A DNA stretch of 63,531 nt, counting the filler, from Hyphochytrium catenoides (taxonomy: Eukaryota > Protista > Hyphochytriomycota), in assembly GCA_900088475.1 (NCBI GenBank). It is 14 parts of 14 records of this genome, joined end to end, with 100 filler letters (N's around TTAATTAATTAA, not from the genome) between each part and the next. Parts side by side here need not be neighbours in the genome. Positions count along the whole stretch, not along the records: positions 20,438 to 25,078 come from FLMG01002983.1; positions 25,179 to 26,368 come from FLMG01002300.1; positions 26,469 to 28,786 come from FLMG01004647.1; positions 28,887 to 32,806 come from FLMG01000763.1; positions 32,907 to 47,139 come from FLMG01002693.1; 9 more parts are not named here. One strand, given 5' to 3'. The translations under genes and the position numbers were made by a program. The notes under the pieces were generated by a model. It was not told where the DNA came from and did no database searches. It saw only the letters and a list, made by a program, of their open reading frames with translations. Positions 22,227-34,387 of this stretch are shown one piece after another (positions within the stretch are counted from its first letter, which is position 1; each line of letters starts with the position of its first letter).

Positions 22227-25078
22227 TCAGAGTAGCTCTAGATTATGGGACCCCAGGCCTCCGTCTGGTCCTCCCCGGAAAGTAGACTTTGTCTTACGAC
22301 GGATCTGGACGGGACAATCCCGAGTTGTGGAAGAAGTTCTATCTCGGAGCTGAGGTGCCGGTAACGTTTTCGTGAGAGTGTCGGCAGTCATCTTCTTGGT
22401 TGGACAGTGTTGCAATTCCAAGACCTTGCGATTCAACTGGTCTCTAACCACACAGTGTTTGACATCAATATATTTCGATTTTGGTCTCGGCATCTCGCAC
22501 ACTGTTATTGTGCTCTTGTTGTCTTGATGTGCGTGGATGGGTCTACTCAGTGGATACGAAGCTCCTGTAAGAAATAAGAGATGTGCTCTACATATTTGGC
22601 TCCAGTCCACAGTGAGATGCACTCAGCCTCAGTGGTTGAAGAAGCCACTATGTCTTGCTTCTTAGCCTTTCAACTGAAAACACCCGTCCCCAGTTTAAGA
22701 AAGTAGCCTGAAATGGATTTCCTGTCCATAGGATCATTTGCCTAGTCTGCATCTGCAAAGAGTTGTAGTCTTGGACTCTGATTGATGTCTGGACTTGCTT
22801 CTCCTCCTAGACATAAGAAGTCGTCTGCAGTCCCTTTCAGATATCTCAGTTTCCGCTTCACAGCGGTCTAGTGAGACTGTCTATAGTTAGTCATATGCTG
22901 GCTAACCGATTGTACCGCGAAGGCTATATCCGGCCCGGAGGCTACCATCAGATGCATAAGACTGCCAACAGCATTCCTGTACGGTATCTTGAGTAAATTC
23001 AGCTCCTCTTCAGAAGTCAATGTAGAGAGAGAGTCTGCCTTGGGTAGCTTTTCACCAGGAGTAACAGGCGTGCTGATTGGGTTACAATCTTTAATGCCAT
23101 AAGGCTTCAGGAGGTCTTGAATAAATCTTCCTTGGCGAAAGTTAATCTTCCGATTCTTTCGATCCCTAATAACTTCTACTCCTCGGAAGTATTGGAGTTC
23201 TCCGAAGTCCTTGACATCAAATCTGTCCTTTAGAAGTCCTTTAACTTGATCCGCACGATTGTTACTTGGCGCGAAGATCAGCAGGTCGTCTACGAAAGTC
23301 GACACGATGGTCGGCTTGCCATCCTCCCCGGAGCTGACCGGTTGATGTAGACGCAAGGTTTACACAAGCTGGGTTCAAATCCGTTATCGCGAAGGTAACT
23401 GTCTAATACTTTGTTCCATTGGCGAGGACTTTGTTTGAGCCCATAAATGCTGCGCTTTAGCTTACAAACCAGATGTTCTTGTCCTGGTTGAGCGAATCCC
23501 GGGGGTTGGCGCATGTATATGATCTCGTCAAGATCTCCATGGAGAAAGGCAGTTCGAATATCCAGATGATGAATCTCAAAGTCATACATCGCAGCTAAAG
23601 AGAGGATACATCGGACGGACTCATAGCTGACCACTGGAGCGAAGACCTCGTTGTAATCGATCCCCGGTTTCTGATTGTAGCCTTGAGCAACGAGTCGTGC
23701 CTTAAAGCGATCGATGGTGCCATCACTTCCATATTTTACGCGAAACACCCATTTACACCCAATGACGTTTGCTCCTGGTGGAGGACGTTCAACGAGTTCC
23801 CAAACGTCGTGTTGTTCCATAGATGCCACTTCACTGAGGATAGCGGCGTTCCACTCCGACGCATCCGGTCCAGAAAGAGCCTCCTCTATCGTTCGGGGTT
23901 CATTGGGTGATAAGGAGTTGCCAAGGTGATTGATTAGCCATGGAAAAAATAGAGTCTTCTTGTTGAAGTCGGCGTTTGACAAGCGGAATGCGGGAGGGAG
24001 GTACTTGTTGTGGGGAATCAGTTGCTCGTACTGGGGTTTGGACAAGGGGTTGTTTGTAGACAGTCTGGACAACCGCGCAGGGTTTCGCAACGGTCATCGG
24101 GAGGTGAGCACGGATCTATCGAAGCTGAATTGTCGGTATCGCATACGGTGTCTGCTGGTTCAGGGGCTGGCAAGGGGCGGGCCAGCAGTGTCGGGTTGTT
24201 TGGCGAGGTATTCGTTTGGGGGAGGCGCTTGTGCTTGGATGGACATCTGTTGATCAGAATCCCCTTTACGAGTCGGATTGTAGGGAGGGAGCTGTCTTCC
24301 TCGCTAAGTACATCAAAGAGATGGAGTACGGAGTCACGCAGCTGAGGCGAGGGTTGAAGTAACGAACCAAATTCCCCTTCAGCGAATACAACATTCCTAC
24401 GCTCAATGATGGTACCACTCTCTCTGTCATAAAGCCGATAGGCCTTTGAGTTGTCTGGGTACCCAACGAATATGTAAGGTTTTGACTTGGGGTCCATTTT
24501 CTGCCTCTTCGAGTCCGGTACGAGTGCATAGGCAAGACAACCAAAGACACGGAGATGACTAACGTCCGGTTTAGCATTGAACCATTTTTCATAGGGAGTT
24601 GCTCCATGTAAGGCGCTTGTTGGGAGAGATTACCTACATATGCAGCCGTTAACAAAGCTTCAGTCCAAAAGGAGGGCGGTAGCTTGGCAGCATGTAGCAT
24701 GCACCGGGCAGAGTCCACAAGAGTCCTCTGGCGTCGCGCAGCAACTCCGTTCTGCGCTAGACTGTATGGAGCTGTAAGCTCATGTAGAATGCCACGTGTC
24801 TTGCAATACTCCTTCATCGCCTCTGAGCAGTATTCCCCACCTCGGTCGTTCCGAATACGTTGAACTTTAAGTCCTGTTTGGCGCTCAGCCATCTTGATGA
24901 AGGTGTCGGGTCGAGGTGAGTGATGACCTCACTCTTATTCTTTATTATGAGGTACAGAAAAACTCGACGAGTATTATAGTCATCGACGAAAACCACATCA
25001 CGCAGCAAGGACCCGTATTCTATCTGGTCAAGTCGGGTACGAAGTTACCTGGATGAGTTAGACCTCCTCGTTCACATT
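22227..25078 (-). mobile_element. Ty1/copia pol pseudogene (integrase-RT-RNase H), frameshifted and truncated by contig end
   Basis: Integrase VFVDD..RNDRGGEY..TAPYS.AQNGVA; RT CKWVFRVK..FKARLVAQGYNQKPGIDY..LDIRTAFLHG..YGLKQSPRQW..FVDDLLI; RNase H ADAD.A.D..DRKS..KYIDVKH..ADTLTK. The INT-RT-RH order is diagnostic of copia. Confidence 0.95.
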
Positions 25079-25178
25079 NNNNNNNNNNNNNNNNNNNNNN
25101 NNNNNNNNNNNNNNNNNNNNNNTTAATTAATTAANNNNNNNNNNNNNNNNNNNNNNNNNNNNNNNNNNNNNNNNNNNN

Positions 25179-26368
25179 CTTGCCTCCAAAATATGAGTCC
25201 AGGCCTACGCCAAGACCTCCAGACACTACCATGGAAGCCGTAGTCGTTGAACTAGCTTCCAGAGAGTTAGCCGCTGTCAGAACACCACCAATATACGTGT
25301 TCTTAGCCACTCCAACACCACCACTCACGATCAACGATCCTGTGCTACTATCAGANNNNNNNNNNNNNNNNNNNNNNNNNNNNNNNNNNNNNNNNNNNNN
25401 NNNNNNNNNNNNNNNNNNNNNNNNNNNNNNNNNNNNNNNNNNNNNNNNNNNNNNNNNNNNNNNNNNNAGCGTCAGCGTTATTAGTGGCATACAACTTGCC
25501 GCCAAAATATGAGTCCAGGCCTACGCCAAAACCTCCAGACACCACCATGGAAGCCGTAGTCGTGGAACTAGCTTCCAAAGAGTTAGCAGCTGTCAGTACA
25601 CCACCAATATACGTGTTCTTAGCAACACCAACACCACCACTCACAATCAATGAACCCGTGCTACTATCAGAAGCGTCAGCGTTATTAGTGGCATACAACT
25701 TGCCTCCAAAATATGAGTCGAGGCCTACCCCAAGACCTCCAGACACCACCATGGAAGCCGTAGTCGTCGAACTAGCCTCCAAAGAGTTAGCCGCTGTCAG
25801 TACACCACCAATGTACGTGTCTTTAGCAATACCAACACCACCACTCACAATTAACGAACCTGTGCTGCTATCAGAGGCGTCAGCGTTATTAGTGGCATAC
25901 AACTTGCCGCCAAAGTATGAGTCCAGGCCTACGCCAAGACCTCCAGACACCACCATAGAAGCCGTAGTCGTCGAACTAGCTTCCAAAGAGTTAGCCGCTG
26001 TCAGTACACCACCAATATANNNNNNNNNNNNNNNNNNNNNNNNNNNNNNNNNNNNNNNNNNNNNNNNNNNNNNNTCAGATGCCTCAGCGTTATTAGTGGC
26101 ATACACCTTGCCTCCAAAATATGAGTCCAGGCCTACACCAAGACCTCCAGACACCACTATGGAAGCCGTAGTCGTCGAACTAGCCTCCAAAGAGTTAGCC
26201 GCTGTCAGAACACCACCAATATACGTGTTCTTAGCAATACCAACACCACCACTCACAACCAACGAACCCGTGGAGCTATCAGAAGCCTCAGCATTATTAG
26301 TGGAATAGACCTTGCCTCCAAAATATGAGTCCAGGCCTACGCCAAGACCTCCAGACACCACCATGGAA
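25179..26368 (-). CDS. Gly/Ser/Thr-rich repeat protein fragment (204-bp/68-aa period = 2 x 34 aa), resembling giant-virus/phage fibre proteins; open at both ends
   Basis: Unit YIGGVLTAANSLEASSTTTASMVVSGGLGVGLDSYFGGKLYATNNADASDSSTGSLIVSGGVGIAKNT. An anchor sequence recurs at 25496, 25700, 25904, 26108 and 26312. Copies differ mostly at synonymous sites in the minus frame. Confidence 0.75.
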
Positions 26369-26539
26369 NNNNNNNNNNNNNNNNNNNNNNNNNNNNNNNN
26401 NNNNNNNNNNNNTTAATTAATTAANNNNNNNNNNNNNNNNNNNNNNNNNNNNNNNNNNNNNNNNNNNNAGAGAGAGAGAGAGAGAGAAGACTTCCCCAGG
26501 CAGGACACAGACAGCTTGCTCTTGAAGAGAGAGACTTAC

Positions 26540-26690
26540 GGTTGGTTGAAGGTGTTGTTGCATGTCAGAGCTCCTTCCGCGAGTGATCCAAAGTTAAAAC
26601 CTCCTCCAAAGCAATCAGAGGGCCGTGGGTCGCCCTTGCAGAAGAAAACGAGCTGCCAAACGGGACACAAAGAGAGAGAGAGACACACAC

Positions 26691-26725
<35 letters not shown>

Positions 26726-28141
26726 GAGAGAGCCATAAGAGAAAGAAGAAGTGAGAGCAGGACAGAGGGACAGACAGAGGAATACCATTCCCTTACTCTG
26801 ATCTATGAGAAGATAGGAAGACAAGAAAGACTGGAGAGACTGGGAGGAGAGAGAGAGAGAGAGAGAGAGAGAGCTCAGACAATACTAGTAGGAGATATCC
26901 CACATGCTATGCTCTCTCTCTCTCTCTCTCTCTCTCCCTATGTGTTCCTTTCTTCTCTCTCTATTCCTCCCTTCATTCTCTCTCTCTCTCTCTGTCTCTC
27001 CTATCTCCTTACCGTCTCTTCCGATTGCGTGCCATTGGGATGAAAGACAAAGCAGCCAGGGTCAGAGAGAGAGTTGGTTTGGGCTGCCGTGCAATACTTA
27101 AAGACAGCGTTCTCGCAGTGCCACGTGGACTCTCCCCAAGCTTGAAGGTCAGGCATCGTCTCGNNNNNNNNNNNNNNNNNNNNNNNNNNNNNNNNNNNNN
27201 NNNNNNNNNNNNNNNNNNNNNNNNNNNNNNNNNNNNNNNNNNNNNNAGAGTTTAAGACGAGAGAAAGAGAGAGTGAGAGAGAGAGAGAAAGAGAGAGAGA
27301 GTTTAAGACGAGAGAAAGAAGTTAGCATAGGGGGGAGAAAGAGAAATCGGAAGAGAGAGAGGAAAGAAACGGCATCAGAAAAGAGATAAGAGTGGAGAGG
27401 GAAGAACAGAGAAGCAAATAGGAGAAGAGGAAGACAGGAGAAAGAGGAGGGGAAGAGAACCGACCGAATTGTAGAGGAGACAAGAGAAGGGTAGACGAAG
27501 AAGAGGAGAAAGAGAGGAAAGAGGAAAGAAGACCAAAGAAGAGATCAGGTGAGGAGAGAAGAGAAAAACGGAAGTGAAGGAACAGTGGCAGGAGAAGATT
27601 GTGACCGTTAGAGAGTTCCAGGGAGAGGGGTTAGGAGAGAGAAGGGGAAGAGAGAGTGCATAAGGCAGAGAAAGACAGAGAGAGAACAAAGGGAGAGAGA
27701 AGTGAGGAAGAAGAGCAACCGATGGGGGAGAAGGGACGGAAAGAGAGAGGACGGAGAAAGAGAGAGAGAGGATGAAATGGTTAAGATAAAGTTATGAGGG
27801 ACAGAATAAACTCTCTCTCTATCCATCATCTCTCCCTATGCATCTCTTTCTATTATACGATGGGCTTCTGTCTCTCCATCCACCCCCATCTCTCTCTCTC
27901 TCTCTCTCTCTTTCTCATTCGTCGTTCTTTCCCTCACTCTCTCTCACTCTTTCTCTCTCTCTCTCTCACTTACGTGCCCAGTGCGGAGCCGTCAGGAACT
28001 TCCATCAGGAACCACATCTGCTGTCGAAATCTCTGAAGCGCCATCTGCGTCCTTCGGCCGAAGATCCATTCTTTCTTAACCTTCACCGTGGGACTAGAAA
28101 GGGGCCGGAGAGAGAGAGAATGGGAGAACAAGAAGAAAGAC

Positions 28142-28174
<33 letters not shown>

Positions 28175-28767
28175 GAGGGAGAGGGAGAAGGGGAGAGAGA
28201 GTGATAGGAGGAGAGAGACATTGGACGGAAGGTGAGAGGGAGGGTGCGGCAGGAGAAGGGAGATAGTGAACGAGGGAAAGGGGGAAAGCGGGGAAGAGGA
28301 AACAAGAAAGGGAGAAAGGAGGGAAGGAGAGAGAGAGATTGAGATTGAGATTGAGATTGAGAGAGAGAGAGAGAGNNNNNNNNNNNNNNNNNNNNNNNNN
28401 NNNNNNNAGAGAGAGAGAGAGAGGGACGGGCGAAGCGAGTTAGGGTCGCGAGGAGAGAGGAGAGGAGAAGGGAGGTGACTGAAGCGAAAAATTCAATGGC
28501 TATTCTGGCCCCAATGGCGCGCTGGTCCTTTCTCTCCCTCTTTTTCTCTCTCGCTTCCTCCGCCTTTCCTGTTCGCTCTTCTCTTTCTCCTCTCCCACTT
28601 CATCTCTCTCTCTCTCTCTCTCTCCTATTTGCTTACCTGATGAAGTGGATCGGAGAGGATGTGGCGGCGCTCCCTTGCGCAGCCTTTCGCTTGATATCTT
28701 GGTACTTCCTCTGTATCTCCGTTGGCTCCTCCACATCCTTCTGGAACACCGCCTCGCGCATTCTCAC
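26540..28767 (-). CDS. Voltage-gated K+ channel-like protein fragment (pre-S1 and S1-S2 loop)
   Basis: Exons give FRQQMWFLMEVPDGSALG (cf. Kv W.L.E.P.SS..A) and ETMPDL (cf. Kv post-S1 LETLPE), then a Cys-rich loop spliced in phase 0 to LVFFCKGDPRPSDCFGGGFNFG. S1 itself probably lies in the N-gap at 27164-27246; no pore region is visible. Confidence 0.6.
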
Positions 28768-28886
28768 CTAGAGAGAGAGAGAGAGANNNNNNNNNNNNNN
28801 NNNNNNNNNNNNNNNNNNNNNNNNNNNNNNTTAATTAATTAANNNNNNNNNNNNNNNNNNNNNNNNNNNNNNNNNNNNNNNNNNNN

Positions 28887-30908
28887 AAAGAGTTGAGGAG
28901 CACGTTGATCTGCTTGTCATAGATTATCATGAACAGCCCCAGCACGTCGAAGTAAACGTAGCTCTCTCTCTTGTCCGTGAAGGTCACGCGGGGGAGAAGG
29001 TCTATGAGAGAGAGAGAGAGAGAGAGAGAGAAATAGTGAGAGAGAGAGAGAGAGAGGAGAAAAATAAGAGGGAGAGAGAGAATGTATGTGAGAGAGAGAG
29101 AGACGCACACAGAAAGAGAGAAGAGAGAGAAGATAGAGACGCACACAGAAAGAGAGAAGAGAGAGAAGCAAAAGAAGAAAAAGAAGAGAGAGAGAGAGAG
29201 TGAGAGACGCACAGGGAGAAGAGAAGAGAGAGAGAAAAAGAGAGAGAGAGAGGGGGGGAGAGTGGGGGAGAGATTGCGAGAGGGAGAGAGAAGGGAGAGA
29301 CCGGGGTACACAGATAGCAAAAAGAGTGAGAGAGAGAGAGGGGAAAAAGAGAGAAGAAAAGAAAAAGAGAGAGACAGAGAGAGCAAGAGAAGGCAGGAGG
29401 ACAAGGAAGAGAGCATGTTCAGGGACAGAATGAGAGAAGGAAAGAGGTCATGTGAGCAAGAGAAAGAGCGAGGAAAGATGGAGATGCAAGGAGGAGAATA
29501 GAGAGATAGACAAAAAAGAGAGAGAGAGAAAGAAAGAGAGAAGGGGAGAGAACACAGGAGAGGCGCAGGTGGAGAGAGACATGTTAGTGAGTTATTGGGT
29601 TGAGCGAGCGGTATGTAGGCAAAGAAAGGGTCAGGGGGAGAGAGGGAGAGAGAAACAAAGAGGAGCAGAAAAGAAGATACGCACACTAAGACTTCGGGTG
29701 GTAGAGACAGTAGATTCATGGGCAGAGAGAGAGAGAGACAGACAGACAGAGAGAGGTTGAGAGCAATGCAGAGAAAGGACGAGAGAGAAAGAGAGAGAGG
29801 GGAAGAAGAGAAAGGGGAAGAAGAGAGAGGGGAAGACTAAAAGAAAGAGAAAATGGGAGGTTACAGAAAAAGAGGAGGGAAGAGGGAAGAGAGAGAGAGA
29901 GAGGAAAAGAAAGAGAGAGAAAGGAAGATACCATAGACGAAGGCCAGTCCAACGAGAAAGAACGGGCTTAACGACTCAACAAGTAGGAGACAAAAAAAAA
30001 AAGACACCATAGAGAGAGAGAGATGAGCGAGATAAGGGGAGAGAGAGAGANNNNNNNNNNNNNNNNNNNNNNNTTGGAGAGAGCCCTCTGTCAGGTGCTG
30101 CAGATCGTCGATGGGCGTGTGATAGACATATCCGTTCTCATAGAAAGCGAGATCTACGCCTGGAATCTTCCCTGCAAAAGGAAAGAGAGAGAGAGAGAGA
30201 AGAAAAAGATGAGCAAGAGAGAAAAGAGAGAGAGAGCAAGGGGAAAGAGAGAGAGAGCAAGGGAAGAGAGAGAGAGAGAGAGCACGTGCAAAGAGAAGAG
30301 AAAGAGAGAGAGAGTGAGCGAGAGAGAGCACGGTCAGAGAGGGAGATGCAAGAGAAGAGAGACAGAAGCAAGAGAAGAGAGAGAGAGAGAAGCAAGAGAA
30401 AAGAGACAGAGAAGCAAGAGAAGAGAGAGAGAGAAAAAAAGAGAGAGAGATGAAGACAAGAAGCAACAGCCTACCAAAGTCTCGGTAAATCCGATAGTCT
30501 GTATCCGAGGGTATGACACCGGACTTTAGCGGTGGGAGGTGGAGAGGAGAGAAAGAGAGAAAGAGACAGAGAAGAGGGATGAGAGAGAGAGAAACCAAAA
30601 ACGGAGAGAGAGAAGAGAGATGTGAATATGTTAGATTAGCAAGACGCAAGCTCAGCAATAAATCAGAAAGACATGTAAAGAGCTTCCGGAGGAAGCGAAG
30701 AAGGAGGGACGATATGAAGAGAGAGAGAGAGAAACAGGGAGAGAGAGAGACCCGAAATGAGAGATGCAAATGTGAATTGAGAGAGAGAAAGAGAGAGAGA
30801 AAGAAGGAGGAGAGAGGGGAAAAAGAGAGAGAATATGAGACTCTGGAGAGTAAACAAAAAGGGATGTGCAAGAGAGATTGAAAGAGAACTACAGAAAGAA
30901 GAGAGAGG

Positions 30909-30958
<50 letters not shown>

Positions 30959-32457
30959 GAGGCCTTGTGGGAGAAGAGTGATACCTGAAATATCTCTTGG
31001 GCAATAATGTTTCCCAGTGGATGTGGGGCGTGCTTGGCATAGAGAAGAGTGAGGTCGTTGCTCCCGGTCTGGAAGAGCATTTCTCTCCCTCCCGCTCCGG
31101 CAGCCTCCAGGTTTATAAAGGCACGGATCTGCTTGCCCCAACGGTGCTGTCGGAGAGAGAGAGAGAGAGAGAGACAGAAAAAGACAGAGAGAGAGAGAGA
31201 GAGAAAGAAACAGAGATATAGAAGAGAGAAAGAAGAGAGAGTGCGAGAGGAAAGTGCGAGAGAAAGATAGAGGGAAAGAGAGAACGAGCGAGCGACAGAG
31301 AATGAGAGAGAGAAAAAGAGAAAAAGAGAGCGAGCAAGCGAGAGAGAGAGAAAAAGAGAGGGAAAGAGAAAGAGAGAGAAAGGGTGAGGGAGAGAGAGAG
31401 AGAGAGAAGGAGAGGACGAGAGGGTAGTGAGAAGGAGTAGTGCATGTGAAACTAGTGCTTGTTCAGAAGAGAGAAAAACTGTAAAGTAAAAAAGAACATG
31501 ACGATCACTGAGAAAGGGTCTATGAGGGGAGACAACGGAGAGAAAGAGGGAAAGAGAGAAGGACACAGAAGGAGTCCTTGATCAGAGAGAGAGAGGGAAT
31601 GAAGAGAGAATAGTGAAGGCTGCGTGACATAGGTGGAGAACGAATATTACTAGGATTGTTTGAAGGGATACAAGACAGAGAGAGAGAGAGAAAGAGAGAG
31701 AGAGGAAAAAGAGAGGAGAGAGCGAGAGCTGGATGAATAGAGAAACCTGAGTGATGAAGCCGTGAGAGGCTTGTAGGACTGTCTCTTCGGCTCCTGCTCG
31801 CGGAGAGAGAGAGAGAGAGAGAGCAAAAGAGACATAGGCGTGTCAGATGGAAGAGAGAGAGAATAGGCGACAGAAGCGCAAGAGAGAGAAGGAAAGCGAG
31901 AGAGAGATAGAGAGAAAGAAAATAGAACACTCCCGAGGTATAGCCTCAAAGAGCCAAAGGAAAGAGCACAAATAGAGAGATGATAAAATGAGAGAGAAAG
32001 AGGGAGAGAGAAAATGACGACAAGAAAGGCGTCGTCCTCTTTGTAACGAGGGACGTCATGTTAAGAGAAGTAAGAGAGAGACAAGCCAGTGTAAAAGAGA
32101 GAGAGAGAGAGAGCACACAGTGTTGAAGAGAGAGAGAGAGCACAGTGAGGGCATGGAAACAAGAGAGGAGAGAGAGAGAGAGCAACGTATATATATAGAG
32201 AGAGAGACAGAGAGAGAAGCACCAAGAGAGAAAGCTAGAGAGAGAGTGTAGGAATGAGAGAGAGAGAGAGAGAGAGTGTAGAAGAGAGAGAGAGAGAGAG
32301 AAACACCATTAAAGTTATAGATAATGCCGTGCTTGGCTGGTGGCTGTGTGCTGGTCGCGCGAAGGATCTCCAGCATGGTGACGATCATAATCCCGTCGTC
32401 AGAGGCCGCAGGCGAGCCCGGCGCAGCATCATAATGAGAGGAGAGAAGCACCGCCAC
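28887..32457 (-). CDS. ERMP1: ER metallopeptidase 1-like (M28 family), internal exons
   Basis: [25 protein letters not shown]|[15 protein letters not shown]|[31 protein letters not shown]|[17 protein letters not shown]|[28 protein letters not shown]. Confidence 0.92.
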
Positions 32458-32930
32458 TGGAGAAGAGAGAGAGAAGAGGAGAGAGAGAGAGAAGGAGAGA
32501 GAGAGGGAAGAAGAGAGAGAAAAGAAGAGAGAGAAAAGAAGAGAGACCGAGAGAGAGAGACAAGTTCGTTAAAGGCAGGACGAGAGATAAAGGGTGTGAG
32601 AGAGAAGAAGAGAGAGAAAAAGAACGAAAGACCGGGAAGAGAGACAGAAAGAGAGGGAGAGAGAAGTTAGTTTGAAGACAGGAGTAGAGACAGATTGACA
32701 AGCGGAACAGAGATAAAGGGATGAGTCAAGGAAGGGGGAGGATGGAAGGAAAGGGGAAGAAAGAGAGATAAAGACAAAGAGTGAGAGAGAGAGAGAGAGA
32801 GAGAGANNNNNNNNNNNNNNNNNNNNNNNNNNNNNNNNNNNNNNNNNNNNTTAATTAATTAANNNNNNNNNNNNNNNNNNNNNNNNNNNNNNNNNNNNNN
32901 NNNNNNCCCTCTCTCTGGAGCAAGTTTAGA

Positions 32931-33746
32931 CTGATGGAGACGGGCTGGCCAACTGAAGGAGGGGCAGTAGGTCAGAACCCTGCTAGCTTTCAGCTGGCGG
33001 AAAGATACTTTATGCAGGTGGCGAAGGTGCTCTGCAACAGCCAGATGTCCTTCCAATTTTCCTCTTACTTTATGGCTCATGATGATGACACCAAGGGCCC
33101 ACCGCTCTTCGAGAAGTTCTTCGGTATCTTCACTGCAGATAACAAGCCCAAGTGGGATATGACGCCTCTTACCAAGTGCGCTTCTTCTCCTACTCCAACG
33201 ACATCGCCGCCTTTAACATCTCCTCCTTCTGCAGCCCCCTCCACCATCTTTCCTCCTTCTGCCGACTCCTTTGCGCCCCCTACGACTCCGCTGCCTTCCT
33301 CCCCTACCCCTGCTACTTCAACTACCGCCAAGCCTACTGCCTCTTTGGTCACGCCTGCGCCTACCGTCGGCGGTAGTGCCAATGTGTCAACGGACGGCAA
33401 TAGTTCCTCATCAGCCAATGTCAATCCCAACTCGACAGGAAAAGGGGCTGGTGGTGTCATAGGCGAGGGATCGTCAAAGGGTGAGGAAGAGCAAAAGGGA
33501 TCTACGTCAGAGGATGGGAACAGAGAAGGATCTGGGGCAGTCTCAGCTCCGACTCCAGGCTTTGGTGGGGGAGAAGAGAATAACCTTGGAGAGGTCCAGT
33601 CGCCTCAGTCAGGCGAGATAATGACCGGCCCATCAAGTAGTGTTGCACCGAAGAGCACGCATCTAGCAGCCCGCTTCCCTTTCATCCTTCTGCTCCTCTG
33701 CTGGGCTTCCCTCGCCCTGTTGCTGCCAGGCCCTGTAGCGCTATAG
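32931..33746 (+). CDS. GH17 beta-1,3-glucanase/glucanosyltransferase C-terminal part with Ser/Thr/Pro stalk and probable GPI signal (5'-partial)
   Basis: ETGWPTEG nucleophile motif, F.A.DD..K...EK.FGIF, a P/S/T-rich linker and a hydrophobic C-terminus (FPFILLLLCWASLALLLPGPVAL). Confidence 0.82.
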   Translation: MMETGWPTEGGAVGQNPASFQLAERYFMQVAKVLCNSQMSFQFSSYFMAHDDDTKGPPLFEKFFGIFTADNKPKWDMTPLTKCASSPTPTTSPPLTSPPSAAPSTIFPPSADSFAPPTTPLPSSPTPATSTTAKPTASLVTPAPTVGGSANVSTDGNSSSSANVNPNSTGKGAGGVIGEGSSKGEEEQKGSTSEDGNREGSGAVSAPTPGFGGGEENNLGEVQSPQSGEIMTGPSSSVAPKSTHLAARFPFILLLLCWASLALLLPGPVAL

Positions 33747-34387
33747 GCCGGGAGTACTTCTTCTTAGACAGGGAGAACCCACTATAAGAACTATATATAC
33801 ATGTATACTAAGTCAGCGCCCTTTGAGTCACGGTGAAAGCGTGCAAACCAATACTTCTCAAAAACTGCATTTTGGCGCGTTTCTTGATCATAATTCCAGG
33901 AAAGAACTCTCGCTGAAAACTGACAATATTCCTGACTCGAGGGAGTGAGATCTCTATCCGTTCCTGTCAACCAGACCCTCTCTATTCCCTAGTGCCCGCC
34001 GTACAGAATAAATGATTGATGCTCTTGCTCTCCCCGTTGCCCCACATACAGATCTCAAAGAGCTCGTGCTTTGCGTGCTCCAACTCATCCTTCGGTTTCG
34101 CCTCTATCGACCTGCAGCTCAACCTACTGCATACAGCGCATCAGGACGGCGCAAGCCCTAGGCAAGGAAGGAAAGCGGTAACAACTTTTCCTCTCATTGG
34201 CTGCCAGGATTACGGCCGTTCAAGACCAAATAGAGGACGATGGTGGGACGCTTGATAGCTGGTACCATGCCAATAAATAGAATAGATTAGGTAATAAATA
34301 AAGGGACATAGCGTAAGGTACGCTCCATCCTCATGTACGGCAGCGCATCAGCCGTGAAAGTAGTCTTAAATAGGACGAAAGGAGAGT

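Noticed and set aside
22670-22870. Stop-codon reassignment (TAG/TGA = Trp)
   Set aside because: Host genes terminate at TAG (bHLH-PAS, GH17) and TGA (MED21), and the element is also frameshifted
25484-26308. Plus-strand 274-aa Pro-rich repeat ORF
   Set aside because: Antisense shadow; variation between copies is largely synonymous in the minus frame
25179-26368. Possible CRISPR-like array
   Set aside because: Contiguous 204-bp coding repeats with no unique spacers
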